Shown: piece after piece, positions 29,046-38,141 of the stretch
How the letters are laid out: each line of letters starts with the position of its first letter
Position numbering within the stretch: the first letter of the stretch is position 1
Assembly (NCBI GenBank): GCA_046485285.1
Contig: JAWOHE010000010.1
Span: forward strand, 1-51,129
Source: a bacterium
Lineage (GTDB): Bacteria > Hydrothermota > Tepidihabitantia > Tepidihabitantales > Tepidihabitantaceae
Direction: 5' to 3'
Length of the DNA: 51,129 nt
Made by a program: the position numbers and the translations under genes
The notes under the pieces: generated by a model
The model's input: the letters and a program-made list of their open reading frames with translations, nothing else
What the model was told of the DNA's origin: nothing
Database searches by the model: none

Positions 29046-30488
29046 CTACTGGACCAGCACCAGCCTCGCCGACTCGCCGGTGTCCTGCCGCAGGATGAAG
29101 TACACCCCCCGGGCAAGCTGCCGGACGTCGTTCTCGCCCGGCGTCAGGACCGCGACCCGCCGGCCGTCCGGCGCGTACAGCCCGGCGCCCTCGGTACCGG
29201 CCAGCCGGACCCGGTCACGCGCCGGGTTGGGCCGGACGTCAAGCGTCGGCCGGGTGGCCCGGACTACCGGGCGGTCCTCCTCCAACCCGACGGCGACCCT
29301 CCCCAGCGAGTCGGTCTTGATGAGGTAGGTGTACCAGAAGTCGGCATTGCCGGCGAGGATGAAGCCGCCGTCCGGCGTGTTCTCAATCCAGTCCGGGCGG
29401 GCGCGTCCGCGCAGGCCGTCAAACTCGCGGGTCCAGAGCAGCTCGCCGAGCGAGTCCAGCCTCAGCAGATGGATGACGGGCATCCACGGCGAGGCCCGGT
29501 AGGGGCTCAAGAGCGCCGCGATGGCGTAGCCGCGGTCCGGGGTCTGGACGATGGAGTGAAACCAGTAGGCCGTGTCGGAGCTGACCGTCGGGCTGATGTA
29601 CCGGTGCCACTGCTCGTTGCCGGCGGAGTCCAGCTTCAGGACAAACCCGCCCCCGATGGTCTCGCCGCCGGACCCGAAGCCGCCCGTGCCCCCGCACTGC
29701 ACGAAGCCGAGGTCGTGCGTCTGGCGGGCCGCAAAGCCCGAGGTGTTCTCTCCATACCCGGCAAACATCCTCGTCCAGATGATACTGCCATACGAGTTGA
29801 TCCGGACCAGGCAGGCGGACCTCCCCCCGCCAGTCCCGAGGCCGTTGAGGATGAAGCCCCCGTCGTGCGTCAGTTGGGCGGTGCTGACCATGCTGTACTC
29901 GTCCCGGTAGACATTGGCCCATTCCTGCCTGCCGTCCTTGTCGAGCTTGACCACCCCCATCCCGTACCAGCCGTGCTCGAACAGCTTCCCGCCGACCAGG
30001 ACCCCGGAGTCCGGGGTCGCGCAGATGGCGTCAAGCCGCTCAAGCGCGGGCCTGACGCGGAGCCAGGTCCAGACGTGGTTGCCGGCGGAATCGGCCTTGA
30101 TTGCCATCAGGTTTCCCGGCGAGGGGCCGCCGCAGTCCCCGGCCACGACGTAACAGCCGTCGCGGGTGCGACAGGCCCCGCTCGTGCGGCCGCCGGCCAA
30201 TCTCAGCGGCTCGTAGCCGCGCGCCCAGACCAGGTCGCCCAGCGAGTCGAGCCGGAGCCAGCCGGCAAGGGTCGAGTCCGGCATCCCGGTCAGGCAGACG
30301 GGCAGGAGATAGCCGCCGTCGGGCAGGCATTCGACGGTGTAATGCCAGTTGTTGTTGGTGTGCGGCGACGGCTCGTAGAGGCGTTCGAAGGTCACGGTCG
30401 CGGCCGCCGGCCAGGCCAGGCCGAGCGCGAGCACGACCGCGCACGCAGTCCGCAGACCGCGATTGAGAGCGGGTGCCGGGGGTGCCAT
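29046..30488 (-). CDS. secreted repeat (beta-propeller-like) protein with short T9SS-type C-terminal domain
   Basis: Signal peptide; repeated T.DGG(Y/F)...K.DS.G...W units; C-terminal GLEE...RPNPARD...YAPDGRRV...GVYF. Confidence 0.8.
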   Translation of the reverse strand: MAPPAPALNRGLRTACAVVLALGLAWPAAATVTFERLYEPSPHTNNNWHYTVECLPDGGYLLPVCLTGMPDSTLAGWLRLDSLGDLVWARGYEPLRLAGGRTSGACRTRDGCYVVAGDCGGPSPGNLMAIKADSAGNHVWTWLRVRPALERLDAICATPDSGVLVGGKLFEHGWYGMGVVKLDKDGRQEWANVYRDEYSMVSTAQLTHDGGFILNGLGTGGGRSACLVRINSYGSIIWTRMFAGYGENTSGFAARQTHDLGFVQCGGTGGFGSGGETIGGGFVLKLDSAGNEQWHRYISPTVSSDTAYWFHSIVQTPDRGYAIAALLSPYRASPWMPVIHLLRLDSLGELLWTREFDGLRGRARPDWIENTPDGGFILAGNADFWYTYLIKTDSLGRVAVGLEEDRPVVRATRPTLDVRPNPARDRVRLAGTEGAGLYAPDGRRVAVLTPGENDVRQLARGVYFILRQDTGESARLVLVQ

Positions 30489-30502
30489 CCTGGCCTGGCT
30501 CT

Positions 30503-31849
30503 TCAGCGGACCACGGTCAACTTGCCGGTCGCCCGGCCTTGTGAATACCGGAGCTCGTAGTGGTATACGCCCGGACCGGCCAAGGCGTGGTACCAGACGA
30601 GGTCGGCGCCATTCGGACCGGCTGCGGCACTGAGACGAGCCACCCGGATGCCGGCCCCGTTGAACACGGTCAGGACCACCGGCCCGGGCGGACAGGCAAC
30701 GCTGAAACGGTGTTCATTCGGGCTCCTCCGGATGCGCACCTCGGCAGCGGCTGAGGCCGGAGCAGGCGCCGACTGCCCGCCGTCCGGGTCTCCGGGGTGC
30801 GCGAGTTCGTAGGCCCAGAACTGCTGATTCGGGTGGCCCCCGAACTCGGCGTATAGCCGCCCGTCTGTCTGGCACAAGGCCGCGCCGTCGTCCTGCGGCT
30901 GTGGAGTCGGTTCGAGGTCTTCTACCTCCGACTCGGGATGGACGTACCACCGGTAGAAGTCACGCTCGCGGCCGCCGGACCAGAAGTAGACGTCGCGGCC
31001 GGTTGGGCCGGTGGCTATCGCCGCACCGCCCTTGGCCGGCTCTTCGAAGAGCCGGTTCCACCAGAGCCACTGGCCCGAAGCCGGGTCGTAGCAGTACAGT
31101 CCCGTCGTGGCATCGCCCCGCAGGGCGACGACGAGGCCCATCGGATAGTCCGGGTTGTCGGGTTGCGGCGGGCACCAGGTCAGGCACCCTCCGGCCTTGA
31201 CCGGGAGGCCGCTCAGCATCGGAGTGAGCTCGGTCCAACCACTGAGGCAAAGCCCTTCGCCTCTGGTGGGCGTGAGCGGATGGGCGTAGCGGAAGAACCG
31301 TGGACTGCCGTCGCCCACGAAGGCGTACAGGAACGAGCACGGGATGCCGCCGACCTCGCCCGTCCCGCCGAAGCAGAGTGCTCCGCCGGCACCAACCGGG
31401 ACTGGAAGGTCCTGTTCCCGCACCCAGGTTCCTGCCGCCGGGTTGTAGGACCAGAAGTACCGGGTGCGGTTACCCATCAAGGCGAAGATCCTGCCGTTGG
31501 CCGGCCAGGCAAACGGGTCCGGCACGTAAGCGAGCGCCCCGCCCCAGCCGGTCACGCCCTCGTAGGAAGGCAGGGACGGGAGTGGATCCCAATCGGGGTC
31601 CAGCCACCGCTCAAACCCGTTGTATGGCTCATTGATGTCCGGCTTGCCGTGCAGCAACCAGACTCGGTACATCGGCGTCAGACAGGGCCCGAGTGCGCCC
31701 GCCTCACAGTCGCACCGCCCCGCGCACAGCGCGGAGCCTTCCCGCACGTGAGGAATGCCGAACGGCCTGAGTTCACTCCACCCTGCCTGCAGGGCAGAGG
31801 GGGCGGTCAGCAGGGCCGCCGCAAAGAGCACTAGCGGACGTTTCATCAT
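30503..31849 (-). CDS. secreted Kelch-like protein with T9SS-type C-terminal domain
   Basis: Start MMKRPLVLFAAALL with RBS AGGAGG; repeated GGAL...G.....F..Y.P....W units; C-terminal VFNGAGIRV...PGVY.Y...GKLTVVR. Confidence 0.8.
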   Translation of the reverse strand: MMKRPLVLFAAALLTAPSALQAGWSELRPFGIPHVREGSALCAGRCDCEAGALGPCLTPMYRVWLLHGKPDINEPYNGFERWLDPDWDPLPSLPSYEGVTGWGGALAYVPDPFAWPANGRIFALMGNRTRYFWSYNPAAGTWVREQDLPVPVGAGGALCFGGTGEVGGIPCSFLYAFVGDGSPRFFRYAHPLTPTRGEGLCLSGWTELTPMLSGLPVKAGGCLTWCPPQPDNPDYPMGLVVALRGDATTGLYCYDPASGQWLWWNRLFEEPAKGGAAIATGPTGRDVYFWSGGRERDFYRWYVHPESEVEDLEPTPQPQDDGAALCQTDGRLYAEFGGHPNQQFWAYELAHPGDPDGGQSAPAPASAAAEVRIRRSPNEHRFSVACPPGPVVLTVFNGAGIRVARLSAAAGPNGADLVWYHALAGPGVYHYELRYSQGRATGKLTVVR

Positions 31850-31922
31850 CCACCTCCTGTCAGCGCCTTGCGCGCTGAGTGGTGAAGCCGTACAGAAGAG
31901 CACCCCCGGCGACTTCGGCAGT

Positions 31923-31995
31923 ATGCTAGCTCCCCTGCCGCCCGCTGTCAAGGACCTCGCGCGGTCTTGACAAGCGTGACCGGGCGGCCGACAAT
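31923..31995. promoter_or_regulatory. divergent sigma70-type promoter pair
   Basis: (-) TTGACA(31951-31946)-N17-TAGCAT; (+) TTGACA(31967)-N17-GACAAT, then 5 nt to ATG 32001. Confidence 0.65.
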
Positions 31996-32000
31996 TTCGC

Positions 32001-34289
32001 ATGGACAGGCGACTTCGCGCCGCGGTCTTCGTCGCGGCCCTGGTACTGCCGGCAGGCTGTCGGAAGCCGCCGGTGAACCTGCCGCCTGACCCGCCCTCCC
32101 GGCCGGCCGGCCCGGCCCACGGCGACCGGAGCATCACCTGCGAGTTCACCGCGTCGGCCGCCGACCCGGACGGCGACAGCGTTGCGGTCCGGTTCGCCTG
32201 GGGCGACGGCGACACCTCGGAATGGAGCGCGTGGGCCGGCGGCGGCGATACCGTGGCCGGGGCCCACTCGTGGTCGGCCGCGGGCAGTTTCCTCGTCCGC
32301 GCCCAGGCCCGGGACCGGCCAGAGACGGAGTCGGACTGGTCCTCGCCGCACGGAATCGAGGTGGCCGACAACCTGCCGCCCGACGCGCCTTCCCGGCCGG
32401 CCGGTCCGGGGGCCGTGCCGAAGGACAGCGCCGTCGCTTACAGCGCGGCCGCGACCGACCCGAACGGCGACAGCGTCGCGGTCCGGTTCGCCTGGGGCGA
32501 CGGCGATACCTCGAGCTGGAGCGAGTGGCGGCCGTCCGGGACGACGGCCGCGGCGAGCCACGCCTTCGGCCGGGCCGGCGCGTACGCGGTCCGGGCCCAG
32601 GCACGAGACCGGCGGGGTGCGCTGTCGGCCTGCTCCGACTCGCTCGCCGTGTCGGTCAGCAGCCGCTGGCCGCCGGACGTGCCCGAAGTGCCCTCCGGGC
32701 CTGCCGAGGGCAGGCCGGGCCGGCCCGGCAGTTTCTCATCCTCGGCCCGGCACCCGGGTGGCGACAGCGTGTCGCTGAGGTTCGCCTGGGGCGACGGCGA
32801 CACCTCGGAATGGAGCGGGCCGGTCGCCCCGGGCGAGACGGTCGTGATGAACCACGCCTGGTCGGACACCGGCACCTTCCGGCTCACCGCGCAGGCGCGC
32901 GACGAGGACGGCGCGGTCTCGGGCTGGTCGGCCGAACACGCGCTGACGGTCGTCAACCGCCGCCCGGGGACTCCGCGGACACCGACCGGGCCGGCCCGGG
33001 TGCATCCCGACTTCAGCCACAACTACTCGGCCTCCGGCCTGGACCCGGACGGCGACAGCATCTACCTGAGGTTCTCCTGGGGCGACGGCGACACCTCGGA
33101 CTGGCGCGGGCCGTTCGCCCCGGGCGAGACGTTCACGATGAGCCACGCCTGGCGCATCGCGGACACCTGCCAGTTGCGGGCACAGGCGCGCGACGTCTAC
33201 GGGGCGCACTCGGTCTGGTCCGGGATGCTCATCGTCGAGGTCACGTACCTGAAGTGGACGTACCAGACCGGCGGCTACGTGATGTCGTCGCCGGCGGTCG
33301 GCGACGACGGCACGGTCTACGTCGGCTCCTACGACTCCTGCCTCCACGCGGTCGGGCCGGACGGCGGCCTGCGCTGGCGCTACGCGGCCGGCGGCGCGCT
33401 CGTCTCGTCGCCGGCGGTCGGCGACGACGGCACGGTCTACGTCGGCTCCGACGACTCCTGCCTCCACGCCGTCAACCCGGACGGGACGCCGCGCTGGCGG
33501 TATGCCACCGGCGGCCTGGTGCAGTCCTCGCCCGCCATCGCCGCCGACGGCACGGTCTACGTCGGGTCGGGCGACGGCCGCCTGTACGCGGTCGGAACTG
33601 ACGGGACGGAACGGTGGCGGTATGCCACCGGCGGCCCGGTGCGCTCCTCGCCGGCGGTCGCCGCCGACGGCACGGTCTACTTCGGGTCGGACGACGGCGG
33701 CCTGTACGCGCTGGACCGCGACGGCGGCCTGCGCTGGCAGTACCGGACCGGCCGGCTCGTGGCGTCGTCGCCGGCAATCGGCGGCGACGGGACGGTTTAC
33801 GTCGGTTCCGACGACCGCTACCTCTACGCCCTGCACCCGGACGGCAGCCTCAGGTGGCGCTACCTCACCGGCGGGCACATCCGGTCGACACCGGCCATCG
33901 CCGCCGACGGCACGATACTCGTGCTCGGAACCTGGGACCGCACCGTCTACGCCCTGCACCCGGACGGCAGCCTCAGGGCGCGGTTCTTCGAGGCGCTGTC
34001 ATCCCCGGCAATGGCCGCCGGGGGCACGATGTACGTCTGCTCCTGGCGGCTCGGACGCGAGTACTACCGGGCCATTACGGCCTGGCGGCTCGATGGCACG
34101 GTGCACTGGGTCTACATAACCAGGGGATTCGAGTCCTCGCCGGCAGTCGCCGCCGACGGCACGGTCTATGTCGCCAGCGTCCGCGGGGAGTTGTTCGCCC
34201 TCCAGACCGTCGAGACGCTTGCGCCATCGTCCTGGCCCAGGGCCCGGCACGACAACCGGAACACCGGCCGGGTCGGCGCCGGGCGCTAG
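32001..34289 (+). CDS. lipoprotein with four PKD-like repeats and a PQQ-like beta-propeller
   Basis: Lipobox LPAGC; four (D/H)P.GDS...RF.WGDGDTS.W repeats; about eight SSPA..DGTVY.GS.D..LYA..PDG..RW repeats. Confidence 0.9.
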   Translation: MDRRLRAAVFVAALVLPAGCRKPPVNLPPDPPSRPAGPAHGDRSITCEFTASAADPDGDSVAVRFAWGDGDTSEWSAWAGGGDTVAGAHSWSAAGSFLVRAQARDRPETESDWSSPHGIEVADNLPPDAPSRPAGPGAVPKDSAVAYSAAATDPNGDSVAVRFAWGDGDTSSWSEWRPSGTTAAASHAFGRAGAYAVRAQARDRRGALSACSDSLAVSVSSRWPPDVPEVPSGPAEGRPGRPGSFSSSARHPGGDSVSLRFAWGDGDTSEWSGPVAPGETVVMNHAWSDTGTFRLTAQARDEDGAVSGWSAEHALTVVNRRPGTPRTPTGPARVHPDFSHNYSASGLDPDGDSIYLRFSWGDGDTSDWRGPFAPGETFTMSHAWRIADTCQLRAQARDVYGAHSVWSGMLIVEVTYLKWTYQTGGYVMSSPAVGDDGTVYVGSYDSCLHAVGPDGGLRWRYAAGGALVSSPAVGDDGTVYVGSDDSCLHAVNPDGTPRWRYATGGLVQSSPAIAADGTVYVGSGDGRLYAVGTDGTERWRYATGGPVRSSPAVAADGTVYFGSDDGGLYALDRDGGLRWQYRTGRLVASSPAIGGDGTVYVGSDDRYLYALHPDGSLRWRYLTGGHIRSTPAIAADGTILVLGTWDRTVYALHPDGSLRARFFEALSSPAMAAGGTMYVCSWRLGREYYRAITAWRLDGTVHWVYITRGFESSPAVAADGTVYVASVRGELFALQTVETLAPSSWPRARHDNRNTGRVGAGR

Positions 34290-34359
34290 GCTTCGGGAAC
34301 GCCTCGGCCGTCCGCGGCCGGGCTCGGACACGAGCCGCCCGGCGGCCGCAAGGCCATCC

Positions 34360-34715
34360 TCCTTGCCGTTCCGACCGGAGGGCCGCAGGCCCTGAGGGGT
34401 GCTGCGTCCTCGCAGTGCGGGCACTCACGTCGAACGTGAAACCTGAAATCCCTCTCCGGCCCTCTGCCGCGCCGAATCCGGACCAAGGGATTCCTCCAAT
34501 CGGCGGCTGCGCCGCCTGCGGCGGGCACTCGCGCAGGACACGAAGCGGAATGACAGCCAGTAGCGGCTCTGCCACCTCTAGCAGGCCGGACCTCTGCCGC
34601 CGCCCGTCATTTCGACCGACGGCCTCCGAGGCCGGAGTGGAGAAATCCCTCTCCGCCGCCCGTCATTCCGACCCCTTCGACTGCGCTCAGGGCTTGCCCT
34701 GAGGTATCGAAGGGG
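34360..34715. repeat. cluster of palindromic REP-like repeats (GTCATT(T/C)CGACC..., GGAATGACA, CCCTTCGA...TCGAAGGG)
   Basis: Direct repeat CCGCCGCCCGTCATTYCGACC at ~34597 and ~34653, nested hairpins, and a related unit at ~35069. Confidence 0.65.
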
Positions 34716-34867
34716 CAGGCTCCGTGAAGGAACCCCTCTCCGCGCCGCCTCCGCCCCTTCTCGGCTTGACAGTCTGCCAGGCCGGTTTACACTGGGTCGA
34801 GCGGGCAGCCGGGACGCGGGAACCGCATCCTGCCGGCCGCGCGGCGGCACTGCCCGGAAAGGAAGAC

Positions 34868-35044
34868 ATGTCAGCTCTTCTCGGCTATGTCAACAACAGC
34901 CTCAACTCAGGTGCCAGGGAAATCACCGTCCCGGCCGAGATCGTCGCGGAGTCCTCTGAAGCAGAGCTCGAAGAAGCGCGCAAGCTCTGCGCCCGGAACG
35001 GCATCAAGCTGGTGCTCCGCCAGCGCCGGTCAGGCCGGGCCTGA
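34868..35044 (+). CDS. small hypothetical protein (58 aa)
   Basis: MSALLGYVNNSLNSGAREITVPAEIV...; SD AAGGA; promoter TTGACA-N16-TACACT at 34766-34793. Confidence 0.65.
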   Translation: MSALLGYVNNSLNSGAREITVPAEIVAESSEAELEEARKLCARNGIKLVLRQRRSGRA

Positions 35045-35506
35045 CACCAGGCCCTTGCGCGGGGACCTGTCACTTCGACCAACGCCGGCCGATCTCGCTC
35101 TCCTGTCCGTCACTTCTGATCTCACGTTTCCGACTTCTGGCTCCTGACTTCGCCCGCTCTGCTTCCCCTTTGGTGCCCTGGTGCCCGCTACTCCGCTCCC
35201 GGGCCGCCAATGCTGAAGACGGCCCGGCGAACAGCAATCAGCACCCTCGGGTCAGGACCTGCCGGGTGCAGTCGAGCAGGAGTCGCTCGCAGACCTTGCC
35301 CTTGGACGTCGGATGCACGTCGCGGCCCGGGTGCATAGCCGTCGGGTCCGCACCCGCCTTCGCCGGCAGGTCGGCTTGCGATGAAGCAGGGCAACACTCG
35401 CGCCCTCGGCGCAATCGGGCTCAGGGGGGGCGGGCAGGGACCGGCGGAGTCGGGTTCGTCGGGCTAAGTCACTGTCGGGACTGCGGGTTACGCGTGGGCA
35501 GGAGCG

Positions 35507-35717
35507 CTCCGGGGGGGTATCCCGGGGATATCCCCGGGACGGTTCCGGGGGCCGCCCCGGGGACCGCTGGGGAGGCCGCTCCCGGGGCCGTCCGGGGGAC
35601 CGCTCCTGGGGATATCCCCGGGACGGTTCCCGGGGCCGCCCCGGGGACCGTCCCGGGAGCCGTCCCGGAGGCCGCCCCGGGGGCCGCTTGGGGAGGCGTC
35701 CCCGGGGCCGCTAGGGG
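35507..35717. repeat. second array with a 12-bp period (CCGGGGNNNNNC-like units)
   Basis: About 17 units, including a longer duplicated block GGGGATATCCCCGGGACGGTTCC. Confidence 0.85.
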
Positions 35718-35881
35718 AAGGCAGGTGGGGGTGGGGGTCCGGGTGCGGCTCGAAGCGCTCCGGGCCGTCTGCCGGGCCTTACCTCGCCAGCACGAGCCGG
35801 CCGGATTCGCCGGTGTCCGGCCGGCGGGCGTCGTTTTCGCCCGGCGGCGGAGGCGAGACCCCGGCCTCCGGGCGCCGGCCG

Positions 35882-36472
35882 CTAGGGCTTGTACTCGAAC
35901 TCGAGGTGGAGCTTGAGCCGCTCGCCCTTGAACTCGGGCGGGAGCTCCGGGAGCTTCTCGGTGACGAACAGGGCGCGGGTACAGGATGCGTCGTAGGCGG
36001 CGTCGCCCGAGCCCTTTTCGAGCTTGACCTCGGTTATCCGGCCGTCGCGCTCGATGACGAAGTACACCGTCGCGACAAGGGTCCGGCTCTGCCCGGCGTA
36101 GGGGTTGAGCCAGCTCTCCGAGATCCGCGCGAGGATGACGTTGAGGTAGTAGGAGTAGCCCAGTGCCTGCGCGCCCTCGACGCGCGCGCCCAGCCCCTGG
36201 CGCCGGATGACGTCACTGCTCGCCTTCGGCTTCGGCGGCTGGGGCTTCGGCTTCGACTCGGGCCGGACCTCGGCCTTCGGCTTCGGCTCGACAACCTGCG
36301 CCTTCTCCGGCTGGGTGACCGGCTGGGGCGTCCCGGCGCTGACCAGCCGGACCTGGTAGACCTGCGGCCGCTGTTTCGGACTTCTCGCGCCGAGCGCGGA
36401 GATGATGCCGAGCGTGGCGAAGAGCACGACGTGGACGACGGTCGACAGCAGCAGCTCGCGCTTCACAGACAC
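35882..36472 (-). CDS. TolA/TonB family energy transducer
   Basis: N-terminal TM helix with S...H, Pro/Lys-rich linker, C-terminal I..DG.I...SG...YD domain; tol-pal context. Confidence 0.85.
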   Translation of the reverse strand: MSVKRELLLSTVVHVVLFATLGIISALGARSPKQRPQVYQVRLVSAGTPQPVTQPEKAQVVEPKPKAEVRPESKPKPQPPKPKASSDVIRRQGLGARVEGAQALGYSYYLNVILARISESWLNPYAGQSRTLVATVYFVIERDGRITEVKLEKGSGDAAYDASCTRALFVTEKLPELPPEFKGERLKLHLEFEYKP

Positions 36473-36479
36473 GGAGTTC

Positions 36480-36983
36480 CAAACACCAAGGCACCAAGGC
36501 CGCGATGTATCAAGAGAGACCGGAGGACAGTGGCCGGCCCGCTCATCGGTCCACTACCTCACGATGCGCCTGATGCCGTCCTCCGCCAGCGGGACGTTGA
36601 AGTTGACCAGCAATCCAAGCCTGATGCCGGTCAGCTTCAGGTAGGTCAGCAACTGGGCTTCGTACAGCGACAGCATCTTCTCGACCGCCTTGACCTCGGC
36701 GATGACCCGGCCGTCAACAATGACGTCCGGGCGGAGCCCGGAGGCGATCTCCACGCCGTCGTAGACGACGGGAACTGCGACCTGGTGCTCGACCCTGAGT
36801 CCGCGCTTGCGGAGTTCGTGGACGAGGCAGGTCTCGTAGACCGACTCGAGGAGCCCGGGCCCGAGCGCCCGGTGAATCTGGACCGCCGCGTCGACGACCT
36901 CCCGGGCGGTCCGCTCGGTCTCGTCCGGTATCGGGGCAAACCGGCCGGCCCGCTGACCCCGGGTCTTGGTGTCTTCGTGTTTG
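36480..36983. mobile_element. putative GxxExxY element with 20-bp imperfect terminal inverted repeats
   Basis: CAAACACCAAGGCACCAAGG (36480-36499) versus the reverse complement of 36964-36983, CAAACACGAAGACACCAAGA (17/20 match); lies between tolR and tolA. Confidence 0.6.
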
Positions 36984-36988
36984 ATCAT
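36554..36988 (-). CDS. GxxExxY protein (PD-(D/E)XK nuclease-like)
   Basis: HRALGPGLLESVYE, RPDVIVD...EVKAV, AQLLTYL, GLLVNFN. Confidence 0.93.
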   Translation of the reverse strand: MIKHEDTKTRGQRAGRFAPIPDETERTAREVVDAAVQIHRALGPGLLESVYETCLVHELRKRGLRVEHQVAVPVVYDGVEIASGLRPDVIVDGRVIAEVKAVEKMLSLYEAQLLTYLKLTGIRLGLLVNFNVPLAEDGIRRIVR

Positions 36989-37392
36989 CGTTCCGGGAGG
37001 GCGACGAGGCCGATGTTGACGATGCCCTGCTCGCGCACCCGGCCGATGACGAACATCACCAGCCCGTAGTCGACGTTCCGGTCCGCCCGCAGGTAGACGC
37101 GGTCGTACTCGCGCCGGCCGAGCTGGTCGCCGAGCGCCTTCGGGAAGCCGGTGCGGGTCGTGCGCTGGCGGTCGACGAAGATCGTCCCGTCCTGCTGGAT
37201 GCTGATTTCGAGCCCGGACTTGTGCTGGGGCTCGATCGTCGAGGCGCGTGGCAGGTCGAGGTCTACGCCCTGGCGCCGGGCGATTGCCGAGCTGACGCCG
37301 GCGATGAGGAAGATTATCATCAGCGAGAAGCTGACGTCGGCGAGCGAGGTCATGTTCATCTCGGCCATGAACGCGAGCCGGCGCCGGCGCAC
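36985..37392 (-). CDS. tolR: TolR/ExbD family protein
   Basis: MNMTSLADV TM helix, LDLP.A, LRAD..V.YG.V. Confidence 0.88.
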   Translation of the reverse strand: MRRRRLAFMAEMNMTSLADVSFSLMIIFLIAGVSSAIARRQGVDLDLPRASTIEPQHKSGLEISIQQDGTIFVDRQRTTRTGFPKALGDQLGRREYDRVYLRADRNVDYGLVMFVIGRVREQGIVNIGLVALPER

Positions 37393-37394
37393 GG

Positions 37395-38132
37395 CTAGAT
37401 TCCTTCGCCGGCCGGCCGCGTGCGGATGTGACCGGTCAGCGCGTGGCGCCGGAAGATACCGGTGAGCTCGCTGATGAACCGGGTCATCTCGGACTCGAGG
37501 TCGCGCACCCGGGCGGTGAAGCTGTTGTAGAAGAACGCCGCCGGTATCGCGACGAGCAGGCCGACGACGGTCGTGATGAGCGCGTCGGAGATGCCCGGCG
37601 CGATGACCTGGAGCGTGACGAACTCCTGCCCGCGCAGGGCGAGGAACGAACGCAGCACGCCCTGGACCGTGCCGAGCAGGCCGAGGAACGGCGCGACGCT
37701 GGCGGTGATTGCCAGGAACGACATCCGGGCCTCGAGCCGGTCGAGCTCGCGCGACGAGGCGCGTTCCATCGCCTCGGTGAGGTTGGGTATCAACTGCTGG
37801 AGAATCTCACCCCGGTCGGGCTGGCCGGTGAGGTGCTTGTCGAGGCTGTTCCACTCCGCGACCCCGGCGAGCAGCATCGCCGACAGCGGCGAAGCGGACA
37901 GGCTGCGCGCCATCGCCTCGTAGTCGGACAGCCGCGCGCCGTGGCGGAACAGGCCCTGGAACTCGCGGGTCTGGCGCCGGGCCCGGCGCAGGCTGCGGGA
38001 CTTGCCGATGATGACCGCCCAGCTGATGACCGAGGCGAGGAGCAGGATGAGCATGATGACCTGCGCGAAGACTCCCGCGCGCAGGAACGGGTCAAAGAAG
38101 CCGCTGCCCGCGGCCGGTACTGCTTCAACCAT
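37395..38132 (-). CDS. tolQ: TolQ/ExbB/MotA proton-channel protein
   Basis: APFLGLLGTVQG, APGISDALITT..GL.VAIPA. Confidence 0.9.
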   Translation of the reverse strand: MVEAVPAAGSGFFDPFLRAGVFAQVIMLILLLASVISWAVIIGKSRSLRRARRQTREFQGLFRHGARLSDYEAMARSLSASPLSAMLLAGVAEWNSLDKHLTGQPDRGEILQQLIPNLTEAMERASSRELDRLEARMSFLAITASVAPFLGLLGTVQGVLRSFLALRGQEFVTLQVIAPGISDALITTVVGLLVAIPAAFFYNSFTARVRDLESEMTRFISELTGIFRRHALTGHIRTRPAGEGI

Positions 38133-38141
38133 GTTGTTGCG

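Noticed and set aside
25887-30560. 1557-aa + strand ORF and other long antisense ORFs (11099-14230, 40751-43855, 4014-6164)
   Set aside because: These are shadow ORFs opposite well-supported genes, expected with high GC3 codon bias.
33270-34200. Diversity-generating retroelement template/variable repeats
   Set aside because: The repeats are ordinary PQQ-propeller coding repeats. There is no evident adenine-specific mismatch pattern and no reverse transcriptase in the window.
35238-35337. Transposase remnant (HPTSKGKVCERL resembles the integrase-core PxxKGKVER)
   Set aside because: Only a short partial motif in a ~32-codon frame, with no other IS features.
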